From contig CM052836.1 in the NCBI GenBank assembly GCA_028534125.1, forward strand, positions 4,712,001 through 4,776,000: a DNA stretch of 64,000 nucleotides. The letters run 5' to 3'. The translations under genes and the position numbers were made by a program. Source of the stretch: Lama glama. Taxonomy: Eukaryota. The notes beneath the pieces were generated by a model. That model made no database searches, had not been told where the DNA came from, and saw nothing but the letters and a program-made list of their open reading frames with translations. Below, piece after piece: positions 1 to 13,759 of this stretch; positions within the stretch are counted from its first letter, which is position 1; each line of letters begins with the position of its first letter.

Positions 1-319
1 ATCCTGGCCTTAGTAACATCCTAAGAAGTACACAGGATGTGACTTCTTGAGGACAGCTTAGCATTTTCTATGACTGAACAGGAATATCCACATGGGTATA
101 TTTGATGCCCAGCATGGAGGAGGAAAGAGTAGGGAGGCAGCATGGAGTTCCTGGAAGAGCCCCAGACAGCATCGGAAGACCTGGGCCCAGAGGCTGGCTC
201 AGCATGACCTTGTGTAAGTCATGAACCCTCCAGGTTTCCTCCTCGGTGCTGTCCATGTGCTGGAGCACAGTGCTGTCTCTGGAGTTCCCATCCTTCTGCC
301 TTGCACTTAGTACCCAGGA

Positions 320-460
320 GGCCCAGAGCAAATGACTGAAGCTCTTTAAGTGTCCACTTCCTGCTTGTAAAACAGGGGCTATGACAGTGATGTCTTACAG
401 AGTGTTGGAGAGTCAGCGAGATAATCCATGCGGAATGAGTGCCCAATACACGTTAAAACA
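320..460 (+). mobile_element. MIR-like fragment
   Basis: Core-like ttcctgcttgtaaaacagggg...cttacagagtgttggagag...gagataatccatg. Confidence 0.55.
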
Positions 461-619
461 AAAAGCAAGTTACAAACTCAAAGGCACCTTAAGGGCCATA
501 TAGTCCAACATCCACCCAAACTCAAAAGTATCCCTATATTTCCCCTGATATCAGCCTCCACTTGTCCACGGCCAATGGTGAGGACCTCACTGTCTCACAG
601 GGTGGACCTTGTTTGTTTA

Positions 620-1060
620 TTTTTAAATTTTACTTTGTTGCAGTAAAATAGACAGAGCATAAATGTTACCACTGGAGCCATTTTTAAGTGTGCAATTCTG
701 TGGCATTAAGTACATTCATGTTGTGCAGCCATCCTACCATCCAGCTCCAGAACTTTTTCATCATCCCAAGCAGATATTGTACCATAAATAACTCCCCACT
801 TCCCAAATATTCCCCTGTCCCCNNNNNNNNNNNNNNNNNNNNNNNNNNNNNNNNNNNNNNNNNNNNNNNNNNNNNNNNNNNNNNNNNNNNNNNNNNNNNN
901 NNNNNNNNNNNNNNNNNNNNNNNNNNNNNNNNNNNNNNNNNNNNNNNNNNNNNNNNNNNNNNNNNNNGCATGTGTCAGAATTTACTCCTTCTTAAGGCTG
1001 TATAATATTCCATTGTACATGCATGCCACTTTTTGTTTATCCATTCATCCATTGATGTGC
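620..1060 (-). mobile_element. Old L1M-type 3' UTR fragment (contains gap 823-967)
   Basis: Typical antisense L1M sequence: ttttaagtgtgcaattctgtggcattaagtacattca...tttatccattcatccattgatg. Confidence 0.75.
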
Positions 1061-1325
1061 CCATAGTTTTTTAGTGTTTCTCATTCCTCCAATGAGTGAG
1101 TTGAAATGTGCCTTTCTGTGACTTAAACTCATCTGTCCAGGCCTACCCTTGGGACAGAGCATCAGACTGGCCCCCTTCCCACAGGAATCCCTGGATTTGA
1201 CCCACTAACTCCTCAAAGGCTAAGCAGTCTCTGACTATTTCATAATTTTCAGACCCTTAACATTGTGGTTCAAGTCTTTAGACCCACTTTAATTTACCCA
1301 TCTTCTTTTAAAAAGAAATCATCCT

Positions 1326-2063
1326 TCCTTAAAAACTAAAAACACACTTACTATATGATCCAGCAATCCCACTTCTAGGTATATATCCAGAAGGAACTCT
1401 AATTGGAAAAGATACATGCACCCCTATGTTCATAGCAGCACTACTTACAATAGCCAAGACATGGAAGCAACCTAAAAGTCCATCGACAGATAATTGGATA
1501 CAAAAGTTGTGGCATATTTATACAATGGAATACTACTCAGCCGCAAAAAAGAATGAAATAATGCCATTTGCAGCAACATGAGTGGACCTGGAGATTGTCA
1601 TACTAAGTGAAGTAAGCCAGAAAGAGAAAGAAAAATATCATATGATATCACTCATATGTAGAATCTGAAACAATGAGACAAATGAACTTATTTGCAAAAC
1701 AGAAACAGACTCACAAACAGAAAACAAACTTGTGGTTACCAGGGGGAAAGATGAGGCAGGAGGAGAAACTGGGAGTTCAGGATTTGCAGATCCAACTACT
1801 ATATATAAAATAGATAAGCAACAACGTCCTACTGTAGAGCACAGGGAAATGTATTCAATACCTTGTAATAACCTATAATGGAAAATAATTTGAAAGGGAA
1901 TATATATGTATTCCTGCTTGTAAAACAGGGGCTATGACAGTGATGTCTTACAGAGTGATGGAGAGTCAGCAATGTATATATAACTGAAGTACTATGCTGT
2001 ACACCAGAAATCAATACAACATTGTAAACCGACTATACTTCAATAAAAAAATTAAAAAAAAAA
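1326..2063 (+). mobile_element. 5'-truncated LINE-1 (ORF2 C-terminus, 3' UTR, poly-A)
   Basis: Degenerate ORF2 end (YDPAIPLLGIYP...TCTPMFIAAL.TIAKTWKQPK...YTMEYYSA...LSEVSQ), L1-type 3' UTR, aataaa and an A tail. Confidence 0.92.
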
Positions 2064-2174
2064 GAATCGTCGTGAACTGAGCCAACCCCTTGCCCTATTT
2101 TTGGTGGCCATATTTCACTGATTCACTGATTGAACACGTTTGACTGGGTGCCTCGTAAAGGTCCGGCAATTCAG

Positions 2175-2400
2175 TTAGTAGTTTACAGCTTGCGGTCTGG
2201 GGCGGCCAGACTTCTAGGTCGGAATCAGAGATCCATCCCTTACTATGTGCCATTGAGCCTCAACGTCTCAGGGCCTCAGCTTCCTTAATTATAAAATAAT
2301 AATAATAATAATAATAATAGAACCTGCATCGTTGGGTGGTTGTGAGGATTCTGTGAATCAGTGCATGCCAAACATTAGAAGGGTGCCGGGCACTCAGCGG
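2175..2400 (+). mobile_element. MIR SINE with internal (AAT)n
   Basis: gcctcagcttccttaattataaaat...gttgtgaggatt...aacattagaagggtgccgggcac. Confidence 0.7.
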
Positions 2401-3246
2401 ATATGCCATCTCTCTGTGTAGGGCACTGTGCCCAGTGCTGGGGGCAAGCAGTCAGCCAGGCTGACCTGCTATGGGCTCTTCGTGGTTTGGAGTCTAGCGA
2501 AATGGTCAGACCAGCAAACCATGACATGACATCCGGAATTTATTCATGGGCAAACATATCATTAAAAGATATGTTTTTAAGCAGAAGCAAGCCCCAATTA
2601 TACTACAGTGTATTCCGTCTCAGGAGGAGAGGACTTCAGGGTGACGTAGGGGTGCAAGAGCGGAGCACTAACTCACCCGCACGTACTCGTTCTTTCATTC
2701 ATTAAAAAGAGCCACTTAACTGGGTTCCTTCCAAGGTTAGGCACGACTCGTGATTCGGGGAAGTATCAGGGAACAAAACAAAGATCTCTCTTCCAGGAAG
2801 TTTACAGTCTACTGGCAGGAGACAGACAAAAACCTAAGAAAGGCAACTGGAAATAAGATAAATTAGACTGTATTGAATAAATAATAAAGCCACCCTACTG
2901 TCTATTGGAGGCAGAACTGGCACGATTCTTGACGGATCGTAGGTTCTGTGTGAGCGACAATGAGGATTCCGGGATGACCCCAGGGCTTTTGGCTTGAGCA
3001 AAGAAGCACACCTGTGAGGTCAGGACGGTTTCCCAGAGGAAGTGCCATCTCGGCAGAGGCTGGAAGGACGGGCAGTGGCCACCCGAGTGAGGAGAGCCAG
3101 GAAAAACCTGCCGGGAGCTGGAGCTTGTACCAAGGTGATGGGCAAAGACACTGTCATGTGAAGTCTTACCAATCCAGGGGTTCCCCACCTGCCTCGCGTG
3201 TCCACAGTGTTCAGGATTTAAAGGTAAATTTTCACATTTTTTTTTT

Positions 3247-3345
3247 GGGAGTGGAGGAGTGTAACTCAATGGTAGAGCACATGCTTAGCATGCACGTGGT
3301 CCTGGGTTCAATCTCCGGCACCTCCATTAAAAAAGAAAAAAGTAG
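3247..3345 (+). mobile_element. tRNA-derived SINE (vic-1-like, camelid)
   Basis: A box gtaactcaatggtagag, B box ggttcaatctcc, tRNA-Ala-like body, A-rich tail. Confidence 0.85.
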
Positions 3346-5559
3346 AAAAAATTTTTATGTTTTCAGAGATTCAAAAAAAATCTTGACTTTTAGCATTCCA
3401 AGAAGCAACTCCTCCTAGTATTGTGTCTTCTCAGAGGTTGATAAGTGTGCATTCCATGACTTTTTCCAGTTGTTGATTTAAAAAAAAATAGTTGACTTGA
3501 ACCCGGTCAAGGACAGAGTACTGTGTCACGCCTCCCTCTTTGCTGATATTAGCTTCATTAATCAATCTCCTTGGGCAGTGCAGCTATAAATCAATCCAAC
3601 CATAAGATAATACTACGTACTCCATCTTCCTCTATAATAACAGCCCTAAGGATCAAATGAAATAAGATACGTGAACATGCTTGGAAGTTCTCCAGAGTTA
3701 CCCAGGTTGCCATTTCTTAGTAAGATTTGGCCACCGAACTTCTGGGATTGGAAAGACACAGGGACTATGTGAGCAACGCTGCTGCTGTCATAGAGCAGCT
3801 GAGTAAAGCTCAGGGCAGCCTCTCTGTATTTCTACCTGTAAACATGTGCTACATTGTAATAACCCGGTGCCTGGGTGAGTGCATAGCCTTTTGAAAGCAA
3901 CGTGCTGTCTGTGCACCAAGCTGATCAGTTTTGAGAGACTGCTCTTATTCTTGAAGTGACTCTCGTAGATGTGAAGCAAATGGTGAAAATTTGAATTGGT
4001 CTTTTTTACTATAATTTTGAAATGAAGTCCATGAAACATAGCAAGTCGTGTTCATGCCCTGATTTTATATACTTGCATTTATCAAAAACATTTTGATAAA
4101 AATTTTATAGATGCGTTTTTGGGAAAAAAAAGAAAGAACATTTAGAAAGCAGAATTGGCTGCTGATTAAGAGACAGAAAATCTCTAGTGAACATCAGCAT
4201 GCAACGAAAGATGTCCGTGACTACGGTAAGAGCTGTTACACAATTGTCAAACACTAATCGGAACGATATTTCTGAATATTTATATATGCACATACATACA
4301 TACAGTGCTTTATATAACTTCTTTTTTAATCTTGTAATATAGGAATTAATGTGCGCATTTTATAGTTGAAAAACTAGTGTCAGAGATGCTAAGTACTTTT
4401 TCCAAGGACATGCAACTAGGTGTAAGTGGTAAGTCAGGACTTCGGACTTCAAAGTTCACCTTTTCTACTATGCTCTGCTTCCTCCATCGAGTGAACACAT
4501 GCTTGTGTGCATGAATCTGTGCTAGGTTCTGGGCATATAAAAGAACGTAAAACTGAGATTCTGCTCTCCAGGACTTAAGATCTAGAAGGGGGATTAAGAC
4601 ACGTGCTGAAACAAACCACAGTACAAGGAAGTAAATGGTAAATGTCATGTAGGTGAGGCAGCACACGAATCCTAAAGAAGTTCAGTGGAGAGAGATGTGT
4701 ATGGGCTATCAGGGTCAGGGAAGGCTTCCTGGAGGAGGTGACATTTTCTCATTCGTTTGCGTTTATTTAGTGGTAGCCTACTCTGTGCCAGGCGTGGCTC
4801 TAGGTATGGGGGGACACAGCTGTGAAGATGTGACACCCAGTGTCTGTTTTCTTGAAACTTACTGTGTGTGTGTTGCTGAGGTGGAGGGGATGGGTAGAGA
4901 ATGCAAGAGAGGGAATAAACAAACAAACAAGATAATTTAAGAAAGTAATGGGTGCTATATATTTTTTAGAAAAGTGACTGTGGGACTGGTTTGACTTGTT
5001 CTCCCTGAGGAAGTGACATTAGGGCTGGTAACTGAAGGACCAGAATCTGTTCACGGGAAGAGCCGACACTGGATATTCCAGGCAGGGAACGAGTCCCGAG
5101 CCTCGAGGAGGGAGCAAGACAGAACATTTGCAGGAACCTCGGGGAGCCAGGTAGATACGCAGAAGTCCGACCATGCAGAGCCTTGGGGAGTGTGGCGTTG
5201 GTGTCTCGGGCACTGGGAACCCAGCGGGGCTGCGTGCTCCTGGGAGAATGTGCCGCTTGGGGATGCAGGGAGGAGCAGAGGTGCGAGATATGTGTTGGGG
5301 ATGTGAGGCTGCCTCTGTTCTTAACTCAGAGACAACAATGGAAAGATAGGGGCAGCGGTCACCCTAGATTCAGTTCTAAAGTGTTAGGGGACGGGGAGTT
5401 CTTCAGTGAATTCTCCATAGCACCGGTTCCCCATGTACCTCATCCTTGTCTGCAAGGAGAAAAGAAAAAAAGAGGATAAGTAAGACTTTTTAGTTCTAGA
5501 TCTATCCTCCACAAGTCTCATCAGTGTATCAAGACATATTATATGTTGCCTCCAAAATA

Positions 5560-6145
5560 TACAAATATTTCTGTATTCATAGTTATGTATTGATTTATAC
5601 ACGTGAAAAAGTGTAGAAATCAGAGGGGCCCAGCTCAATACATTTCCACCAAATGAACACGCTCCTGTAACTAGTACCCAAGTGAAGAAACGGAGCATAA
5701 CCAGAATCTCCCGTCTCCCTGCTGTCGCCGGCGAAGCACTGTGCTGATTTCCAACACCATTGATTAGTTCTGTCCGTTTTTGAATCTCACATAACAAGAA
5801 TTTAATTTTGTCTATGATTCTGCTTCTGGCTTCTTTTGCTCAATTCCCTGTATGTGAGACTCATCCATGCGGTTGCCTCAAATTGGGTACTATTCATTCT
5901 TGTTGTTACATGACCTTCCATGGCGTGAACATACCATCATTTGTTTATCCATTCTGCCATTGATGGACATTTGGGTTGTTTCCACTTGTGGACTATTGTG
6001 AATTATGTTGCTGTGAGTGTTTATATACATGGTACACAAAGTATGAGCCTCTGCTGGGTATATATTCAGAGTAGAATTGTGGGGTCCAAGGTTATGTGTA
6101 TGTTCAATGACAGTAGACATTGTCACACAGTTTTCCAAACTGGAC
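5560..6145 (-). mobile_element. Old L1M fragment
   Basis: ttgtttatccattctgccattgatggacatttgggttgtttccac...gtagaattgtggggtc...ttttccaaactgg. Confidence 0.75.
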
Positions 6146-7961
6146 TATAGTGCTGGTTAGTTTTAAAAACCAGTTAAAAATACTCCTTCTGAGTATGTTG
6201 ACCAAATAACCCTGGTTTTTGATAACCTGTCTTGGGTAGGCAGATTTCCGGGGAAAAACTACATAGCATACTATTACACAAACAAACTTCATGAATCACC
6301 ACAATTTGGTTAAATTGAGGATGTATTTCTTATGTCAAGAGGGACTCTGGTAATTAGCAAAGCAGAATTAAGGACTTTACAGTTTGTGTGAGGTGAGATT
6401 TTCCCATAGCCCAGAGCTTTAATTTTGGGAAAAGGTACCTTCTAGGCCAGTCTAGCATAGCCGAGCTGGGAGCCTTGGATACTGGTTCTCCATCTCCCAA
6501 CATGGCAGCCAAGGGATTCCATCCGGCTGTTCTCTGAGGCCACTCACAGGGTGTTGTCCCCCTACCCTCTGCTTCTGAACTGTGGAGGATAGTGCAGTGG
6601 TTATCCTGCTTCACTCTCCCTCATCTGAGAGATCCCCAGCCGCTGCTTTGTTCAGTGGTGGCCATGGGCATGGTTCTGTGTCTTTTACCTGTAAATTCAC
6701 AATTGCTGCGCCATATTCTTCCAAACAGCACTTGAAACTGGGGTCCGCACTTGTGATTTAAGTTCAGGAGAGACATGCCATGCGTAGCAAGGATGCTCAG
6801 GGCAGAGAAAACAAATATGGAACCCAAATGGAAAACCCCAATGATTGGTGTTCCAATAGCAGTCAAGGAAGGGCAACTCCTGGAAGCAGTATGTCTTTAT
6901 CTAATTCTGGTCTGTCTCCAAAGCATAGGCTTTTTATTTTTATGCTATATCATCTCCACTCTCCTAAAAAGCGCCTCTTCTATGCCCAGCAGTCTATTGA
7001 GACATTGGAAATATGGCAACTATGCTGCCTGGAGGATCGTGATCTATGAAATCTGCTTGATGGTGGTGGGGTGAAATCCATCTGTGGAATCTGGCAAATG
7101 AGAGCATGTGCTAATGCGCTGTGTCAGGTGAACCTGGCCAGAGTGGAGCATGGATAACTATTGATTTTCACAGGGCAGGCATCTGAGATAAGACCGATGA
7201 CAGCCATAAAGGAGTCTTATCAGCATCTGGGGTTATTTCAAAGGCAGGTGAATGAAAAGTACTGAATGAAACACTTGCATTTTTATCCAATTTCTGCCAC
7301 TATTCACCTCGGTCTCTGTGGACAAGTGACTTTCCCTCTTGGATCTCTTTGGTCACTGTGAGACGGGACTTTGGGACTATATCATATTGTAGGTCTCTCC
7401 AGGTCCTGGGCTTTGCAACTCCATGTTTCTAAGAAAAGTAGCACCCTCATTTAGCATTTGTGACATGCACTTTGGAAGAAAAGAAAATGTCACTTTTTTT
7501 CTCTCCCATCTTCACCAACTGCCTGTGTTCTGAGCCTTGGGAGCTCCGGTACATCATGTTTTAATTTCCTGGAGGTGATGAAGATCTGCAACATTTTAAT
7601 GTTATTATGTAGGAATATGGAGCCCCTTTGAAAGAAATGCTTACTCCTTTAATAAGGAGTCCACTCCATTTACATCCTCATGGAACTTAGTGTCAGGGAG
7701 AGGTAAGACATGATGACTAGAACTGTAATATAAAGTAGAAGGTTATGAGAGCCGAAGGAGGCATGAAAGAGCCATGGGGTCCAGCTGACTTCTTGAGGGT
7801 CAGAAAAAGCTTCCTGGGACGGGAGCCACCTGAGCTAAGAAGTGAGTACTTTTGACAGCTGGAGACCTGGACAGCACTCCCTTAGAAAGGGGAGCAAGGA
7901 GGGAACAGAGACATGGGTTTAGGGAGATTTTGGGATAGGAAGAAAAGCCATAAGGCCATAG

Positions 7962-8098
7962 GCAGGGTGACCATGTGCCCTAGTTTTCCTAGGACAGTCT
8001 CAGTTTATGCCCTCTGTCCTGGTATAATTCTCAACAGTGCCCCTTGCCATGCTCAAAAAGCATCCCAGTTTGGATGATAAATTACACAGTCACTGTAG
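7962..8098. mobile_element. hAT-type MITE (MER96B-like)
   Basis: cagggtgaccatgtgccctagttttcctaggacagtc...ccagtttggatgataaatta...gtcac. A related reverse copy lies near 63450-63550. Confidence 0.55.
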
Positions 8099-8454
8099 CT
8101 ATAAGTCCTGCTCTCTCAGAAGCCGAATCCCTCCCTGGCTATAGGATTTGAGAGAAGAGAGGAATCAGAAATGACTCTAAGCTTGCCAGCTGGTTGCCTG
8201 GTAAAACAGAGGTAAAATACAGAAGAAAAAAGCATGAAAAGGAGTCGCCGATTAGGAGGAGAGATTATGAATGCAGTTTTAGATCCGAAAGATAGAGCTG
8301 CAGAGGGATCAGCATACCATTGAGTCCAACTCCTCCTCTGGAAGATGAAAAGACTGGGGCAAAGGATACAGGTCAGGCCTGGAACCCAGGCCTCCTCCCG
8401 TCTAGTCTGCAGCTCCTGCCTCCCGACCTCACTGTCCCAAGCTCACTAGTGTCC

Positions 8455-8860
8455 CTCCGAACTTGGTGTCTGCTCAGAGCCTGCGAACATGGCCTTATTT
8501 AGAAATATTTTTGCAAATATAATCAAGTTAAGATGACGTCATCCTGGTGGAGTGCGGGCCCCTCATCCAACATGACCAGCATCCTTATAAGAAGGGGAAA
8601 TCTGGACATGGAGACACAGAGGGATGTGACAACGGAGGCAGAGACCGGAGTGATGCAGCTGAAGCCAAGGAACGGTAGGATTCTCAGGAGCTGCCAGAAG
8701 CCAGCAGGAGGCAAGGAAGGTTCTTAGAGCCTTTGGAGGGAGCACAGCTCTGCCAACGCCGTGATCTTGGAACTTCTAGCCTCCAGAACCATGAGAAAGA
8801 ACATTGTTGTTGTTTCAAGCTGACCGTATGTGGTGTTTGGGGACAGTGGCCTTAGGACTG
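8455..8860 (+). mobile_element. MLT1 (MaLR) solo LTR
   Basis: Diagnostic motifs: ccttataagaagggga, ggaggcagagaccggagtgatgcagctgaagccaagga, gccagaagc...gaggcaaggaag, gaacttctagcctccagaac. Confidence 0.88.
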
Positions 8861-11656
8861 TGACCTGCCGTCTGTTACTACAGCTGACACTCCGGCTCCA
8901 GGTCGGAGCTGTCTGGGAGGCACAAGAGTGCCAGGGCTGGACTGCAGAGGGATGCTCGGATTTAAAGCAGAGCCAGGGTGGGGAATGGGACCGTGGGAAT
9001 GGAAGCGAGGGCCATAGGGAAGAGAATAAAGGAGCTCTGAAGACTGGCTGCGGGGAGGAAGGAGTGACCACGAGGGAGGCAGAGGGCGCTGTCGGAAGGG
9101 CAGGATGACAGCGGAAGTGAGGGAGGAATTCCAGAGGAGGTCGGGTCGCGAGGTTGGCGTGGGGAGAAGCGGGCTGACTTGGCAGTGAGGTCACTGGTGA
9201 CCTTTACAAGAGCTCCTTTAGAAAAGCGCAGGGCTTAGAGACGGCGGTGCAAAGGCTTCTGGAGTGAGTGCCCTGAAAGGGGAGATGGCCAGCGTGGATC
9301 CTTTTAGGGACTTCAGGATGGAGGAGAGAGAGAGATGGGGCTGCAGCTTAAGTGTGGAGCTGGGAAGAGGGACTTTACCAGGTGATGGAGGACTGAGTGT
9401 GTTTGCGGAAAAAGGTGAGGAGAGGGAATGATTACGATGTAAGCAGTCTTGGTGGGTGGCTAGCGGGTGGGCCAAGGTCACCCACGCAGATGCACAGATG
9501 TGGCTCACCCTCCCCCCAATTCAGCCCATGTTTTGCCTCCACTCGGGCCTCAGCGCTCCTCTTCCACCCTCTCTGGCCTTGAGACATTGGCTCTGCGATG
9601 GGCTCTTGAGTGAGAGTGGGAAGGACCACAGTGTAGAGACCTTGCTGTGAGGAGGAGGCAGCTGGCATCCCTGGGTCTCATCGGTGGAAGTGCAGGGGCA
9701 GCTGCTGGGGAGGATGACACAGGCACCCACAGAACAGGAGTCCAGGGCTGTCTCACAGCAGGGCGGCCCAGCCCGCTCACATGGGACTCAAGCCTGTAGT
9801 CAGGGGCAGCACGAGTGCAGCAAGCTCTTGGGACTTAGAGCAGATCAACCATCCTCTCTCGAGCCACTGATGAAACCGCCTGCTCTGTCCCTTGCGCGTC
9901 ACCATCCTTTGTGAAAGGAAGCCTGGTAAACTGAGGCAGCTGTGCGTTCTCTGCACCTGGTGGCTCTGCCCCACCACTTCCTTATTTGATGGGGGACTCT
10001 GGAGGGAGGCTAGCTTCTCCCTCCATTTCTTCTTCTGTTTCCTAGGGACACTCATCACAGATAGAGCTTTTAGGGAACAAGGTGCTGTCCTTGGGAAAGC
10101 AAGGGATTCTGGGATTGCAGGGTCAGACGTGTACGTGAGGGAGGGAGCTGGCCTGTCTCGAGGCCCTCACAGCCCTCCCCGCAGATACACTTGACTTAAA
10201 AATATTGGAAATGTGGATCAGCCCCTGTTGTGAAAAAGACAAAATACACACCTCCACCCCAGGACCAATCCCCACGACGCTCTAGGGGACATCACACCAG
10301 CTGCGCTCCCTCCATGGCAGGGGCCTCCTCTCTGGTAGAGGAAACCTGGGGCCCCGGGGGGAGGCACAGCACTGGCTAAATTCTGGGTGGGGTGTTATTA
10401 CATCTGTGTGTCACGTGGCTGTGCAGGTGGGTGCCAGGGCTCGAGTAATTATTGTAAAAAAATGAGAATGATTTTGGAGAAAACCTGGACCTCTTACATC
10501 TGTACCCTTAATTCCTTTCTGTCCTTTTTCCTCTCAATGACCCCAAATTATATATACTTCACCATGAGCTTTTATTCTATTTTCTTTCCTATATTTCATT
10601 GCCCATGTGTTGTGTCAACTCCCATGGTCAACAGGTAAGGAAGCCCGCCAACCCAAAGGGCCAGAGCCACATAGCTGGTAGATGGTGGAACCAGGGCTTG
10701 GATAGGTCCGTGACTCCAGGTCAAGTGCTCTGGACACTACGCCCTCTGTGGCTTCCTGTTTCTAAGTGGAACTTGACTCCCAGTTGGGCTAAGACAGCAT
10801 GACGACATCTTCAGAACTTCAATGTTCAGGAACTTTACGTAAGACTTGGGTAGAACTAGCAACTCATTCTGAGTTTCCTGTTCCAACCCACGGGGCAGGA
10901 TCACTGGGTCCCTCTGCTGCTCTCTCCTTGTTGGCCGTGTGGCCAAAGCCCTGGGTTATGGCACCCCCTTCCAAGGAGGACTTCCACCGAGGTCGAGGAC
11001 CAGGGCGGGCTGCTGTATTCTGATACCAGGAATGCCTCCTTCATTTTGATGCCCATTTGCTACTATATACAATATTGTTGGATGGGAGGGAGGAGCTGAA
11101 ACCCAGGTTGGATCCCCAGAGATGACTCTGAGACCCACACCCACAACCTGGCTTCCCAAGGGAACCTTCACCATGCTCTCAAAGGTGAGGAAGGCCACCT
11201 ATTGAAGCTATGGTGCAGGGCTCAGGAGGCTGTCACCCGCACTGCCACAGCTGCCTCTCAACATTCATGAACGAGGTGTCCAGACACTACAGTGCTGTTG
11301 CAATGAGGAAGTGACTGCCCACCTCAACTGCCCCTAACCAAGAGTCTACGACTTTGCTAAGGCAGGAGACAACATCACAGCAGCAGGAAGGTGGTCTCTC
11401 TCTGCCTTCCATCTCCTAGATCTCCCTTGTTCATCTAACTGGCAGAATTTAAATCGCATCTAGGCTCCCAGCTGCAAAGGAGTCTGGGAAATGTGGTTTA
11501 AAATGTTCTGGCCAGTACAGTGTAAGGAGAGGCTTAAGATGGATGCTGAGGGCCAAACCACCGTATCTACCATGTATGGTGAGAAAAATATTGAATATTT
11601 ATAATAAATATTCCATAGATTTTCTAAATGGCTCTGGCTTAACATTTATTTAATGA

Positions 11657-11772
11657 TAGGATATGAACATGAATATATGTATATTCATGTATGACTGAAG
11701 AATTGTGCTGTACACCAGAAATTGACACTACATTGTAAACTGACTATATCTCAATAAAAAAATTTAAAAAAT
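11657..11772 (+). mobile_element. Very short L1 3' tail with target-site duplication
   Basis: L1 end (tgctgtacaccagaaattgacac...ctcaataaaaaa) flanked by catttatttaatga at 11643-11656 and 11773-11786. Confidence 0.85.
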
Positions 11773-13759
11773 CATTTATTTAATGAAATTAAAAGATCCC
11801 CACAAAATTTCTGTCTCTGAAGATGATGAGCATGTTGACAATTGCCAAGAGTCCTCTTAACCATCCAAAGGCTGACTTCTCTACACCAGTATCACCACTG
11901 CAGAGGTCAGTTTCTCATCCATTGGGAGATTATACCCCCAAGAGAATGATGCACTTTCATTCTTTTCATTTTTTAAGTTACAGAAATAATAGAAGCATTA
12001 TTTGCCTGAAAAATGTAGTAAAAATACCAACAGTACTACATCACTCTCACAATAACCACTTCACTCTTCTCATGTGCATATTGACATCTTTGTGAATGTC
12101 ATGTTCATAAAGTTGTTGGTTTTTTCAATTAACTTGGTGTCATAATCATTTCCCATGTTGTTGCATAATATAATCACAATTTTAATGGCCCCACAATATT
12201 CCACTAATACAGGCATCATAGTTTGGTCATTCCACCCTAGTTGAACATTTTGGTTGTTTCTGATTATTTATTACTATGAATAATGCTTTGAAGAGCGTCA
12301 CGCATATCCGGACTCTTGTGTCACATGCCCAGAAGTGGGATAATGGGTTAACACTGAAGGGTTTCCATTTTTGCATAAGTATCCACAAGTTTTGATCAAC
12401 GTTTCTTGAAAATCACCTGTGGCAAAAGCAGGGACATTTTTCTCCAGCAACCACTACATACAGAGCTTGTTTCTACCCAGCACATCCCTAGCACTCATCT
12501 GGGGAGTAACCACAGGCAGCTACCACAGATGGGGAAATGGTGCCCTCGGCCTTGACGCCTCTATTACAGGGCTCACATCACTGCATCTCAAGTCCCTGGG
12601 AGCTGCCTAGGTTGCTATGACCTGAGTCTTGGAACCAGGGTGAGGCCAAAGAGTGGGTGCAGCACCTTCAGGGTCTTCCCCACCCTTCCATATCTCAAGG
12701 CATAGCTTTCCTGACCAGAAGCCTTCTCTGGATAAGGAGTCTGGTGCAGTGAAAGCTGATCAGCTAGAGCCAAGTCTAAAGCCCCAGAACATGCACATGT
12801 GGGTGCAGATGGCACCCTTTCAGGGAGCCTTAGATAAACAGACAGGTGACTCCCCTACTTTTTGATCCCTCCTCCTTCCCTCAGAGCAAGACAATTATTA
12901 TTTAGGTTAAAATAAAGCAGCCTGGGTTACATTTTATTTAAGAAGACAGCTTAGGATGAGTTTAAGAACTAGGAGACCAGAGTGTTCAAAGACAGGCAGA
13001 TGCAATACTGAAAGACTCAACTCTCTTGGCCGCTTTGCATCCTATGGTCAGACCAGGCTTCTCAAGCCCTTCCAGCCCCAGGAAAACGTCCTGAAGCTGC
13101 CTGCTCAGAAGGGCTCCATCCTGGTGATTACTTACTGTCTTCAGTCCAGGGCAGGGTGGTGGATTTAGCCCCTTTGTGAGAATAAGAGGAGGAACAAGTT
13201 TTGCTCTCTATATGTTTTCAGTGAAAGAAAAAAATTCGAATAAATGGCTGTTCAACCCAACAAAGCAGCCTGGCGCAGGACCGTGAGTTTTGACTTTGTC
13301 CCCTCCATAGTACACGCCCTTCTGTTGCACAAAAGAAGGTGCGCCACTCATATCGCGCAGTGGGTCCTCGATTTTAGAACTCCACTCCATCCCCACGTGG
13401 CCTCCTCCTCCTCCTCCAGCCACCATAACTGCTCCGTCAATGACACTCTTAGTAACTTTCCCGTTCCAGGCCAGAGGAATGCCCAAGCTTGCTGAGCAGT
13501 ACTGTTTGCAAAACCCCGGGCTCTGGGGGAAGACTGTCCGCTGTTTCTGATCTCCCTCCAGCCTTGAGCATTTCCCATCTGCTGCTCGGCTGACCCTCTC
13601 CAGTGACTGCCCTCTCCTCCCCCGGCCTGCCCACAGTGAGACACCACCACCCCACCAGGAGGTAAGACAACTTCCCGGGACACCCCAACGTCTCCTCTCG
13701 CCCCCGTCCGGTTGCTTGGAAATTTGCACTGGACAGTGACATCACACTGGGAGGCGGGT

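Noticed and set aside
684-1005. ORFs containing X runs (also near 31817, 45089, 54325)
   Set aside because: Artefacts of translating through N-gaps.
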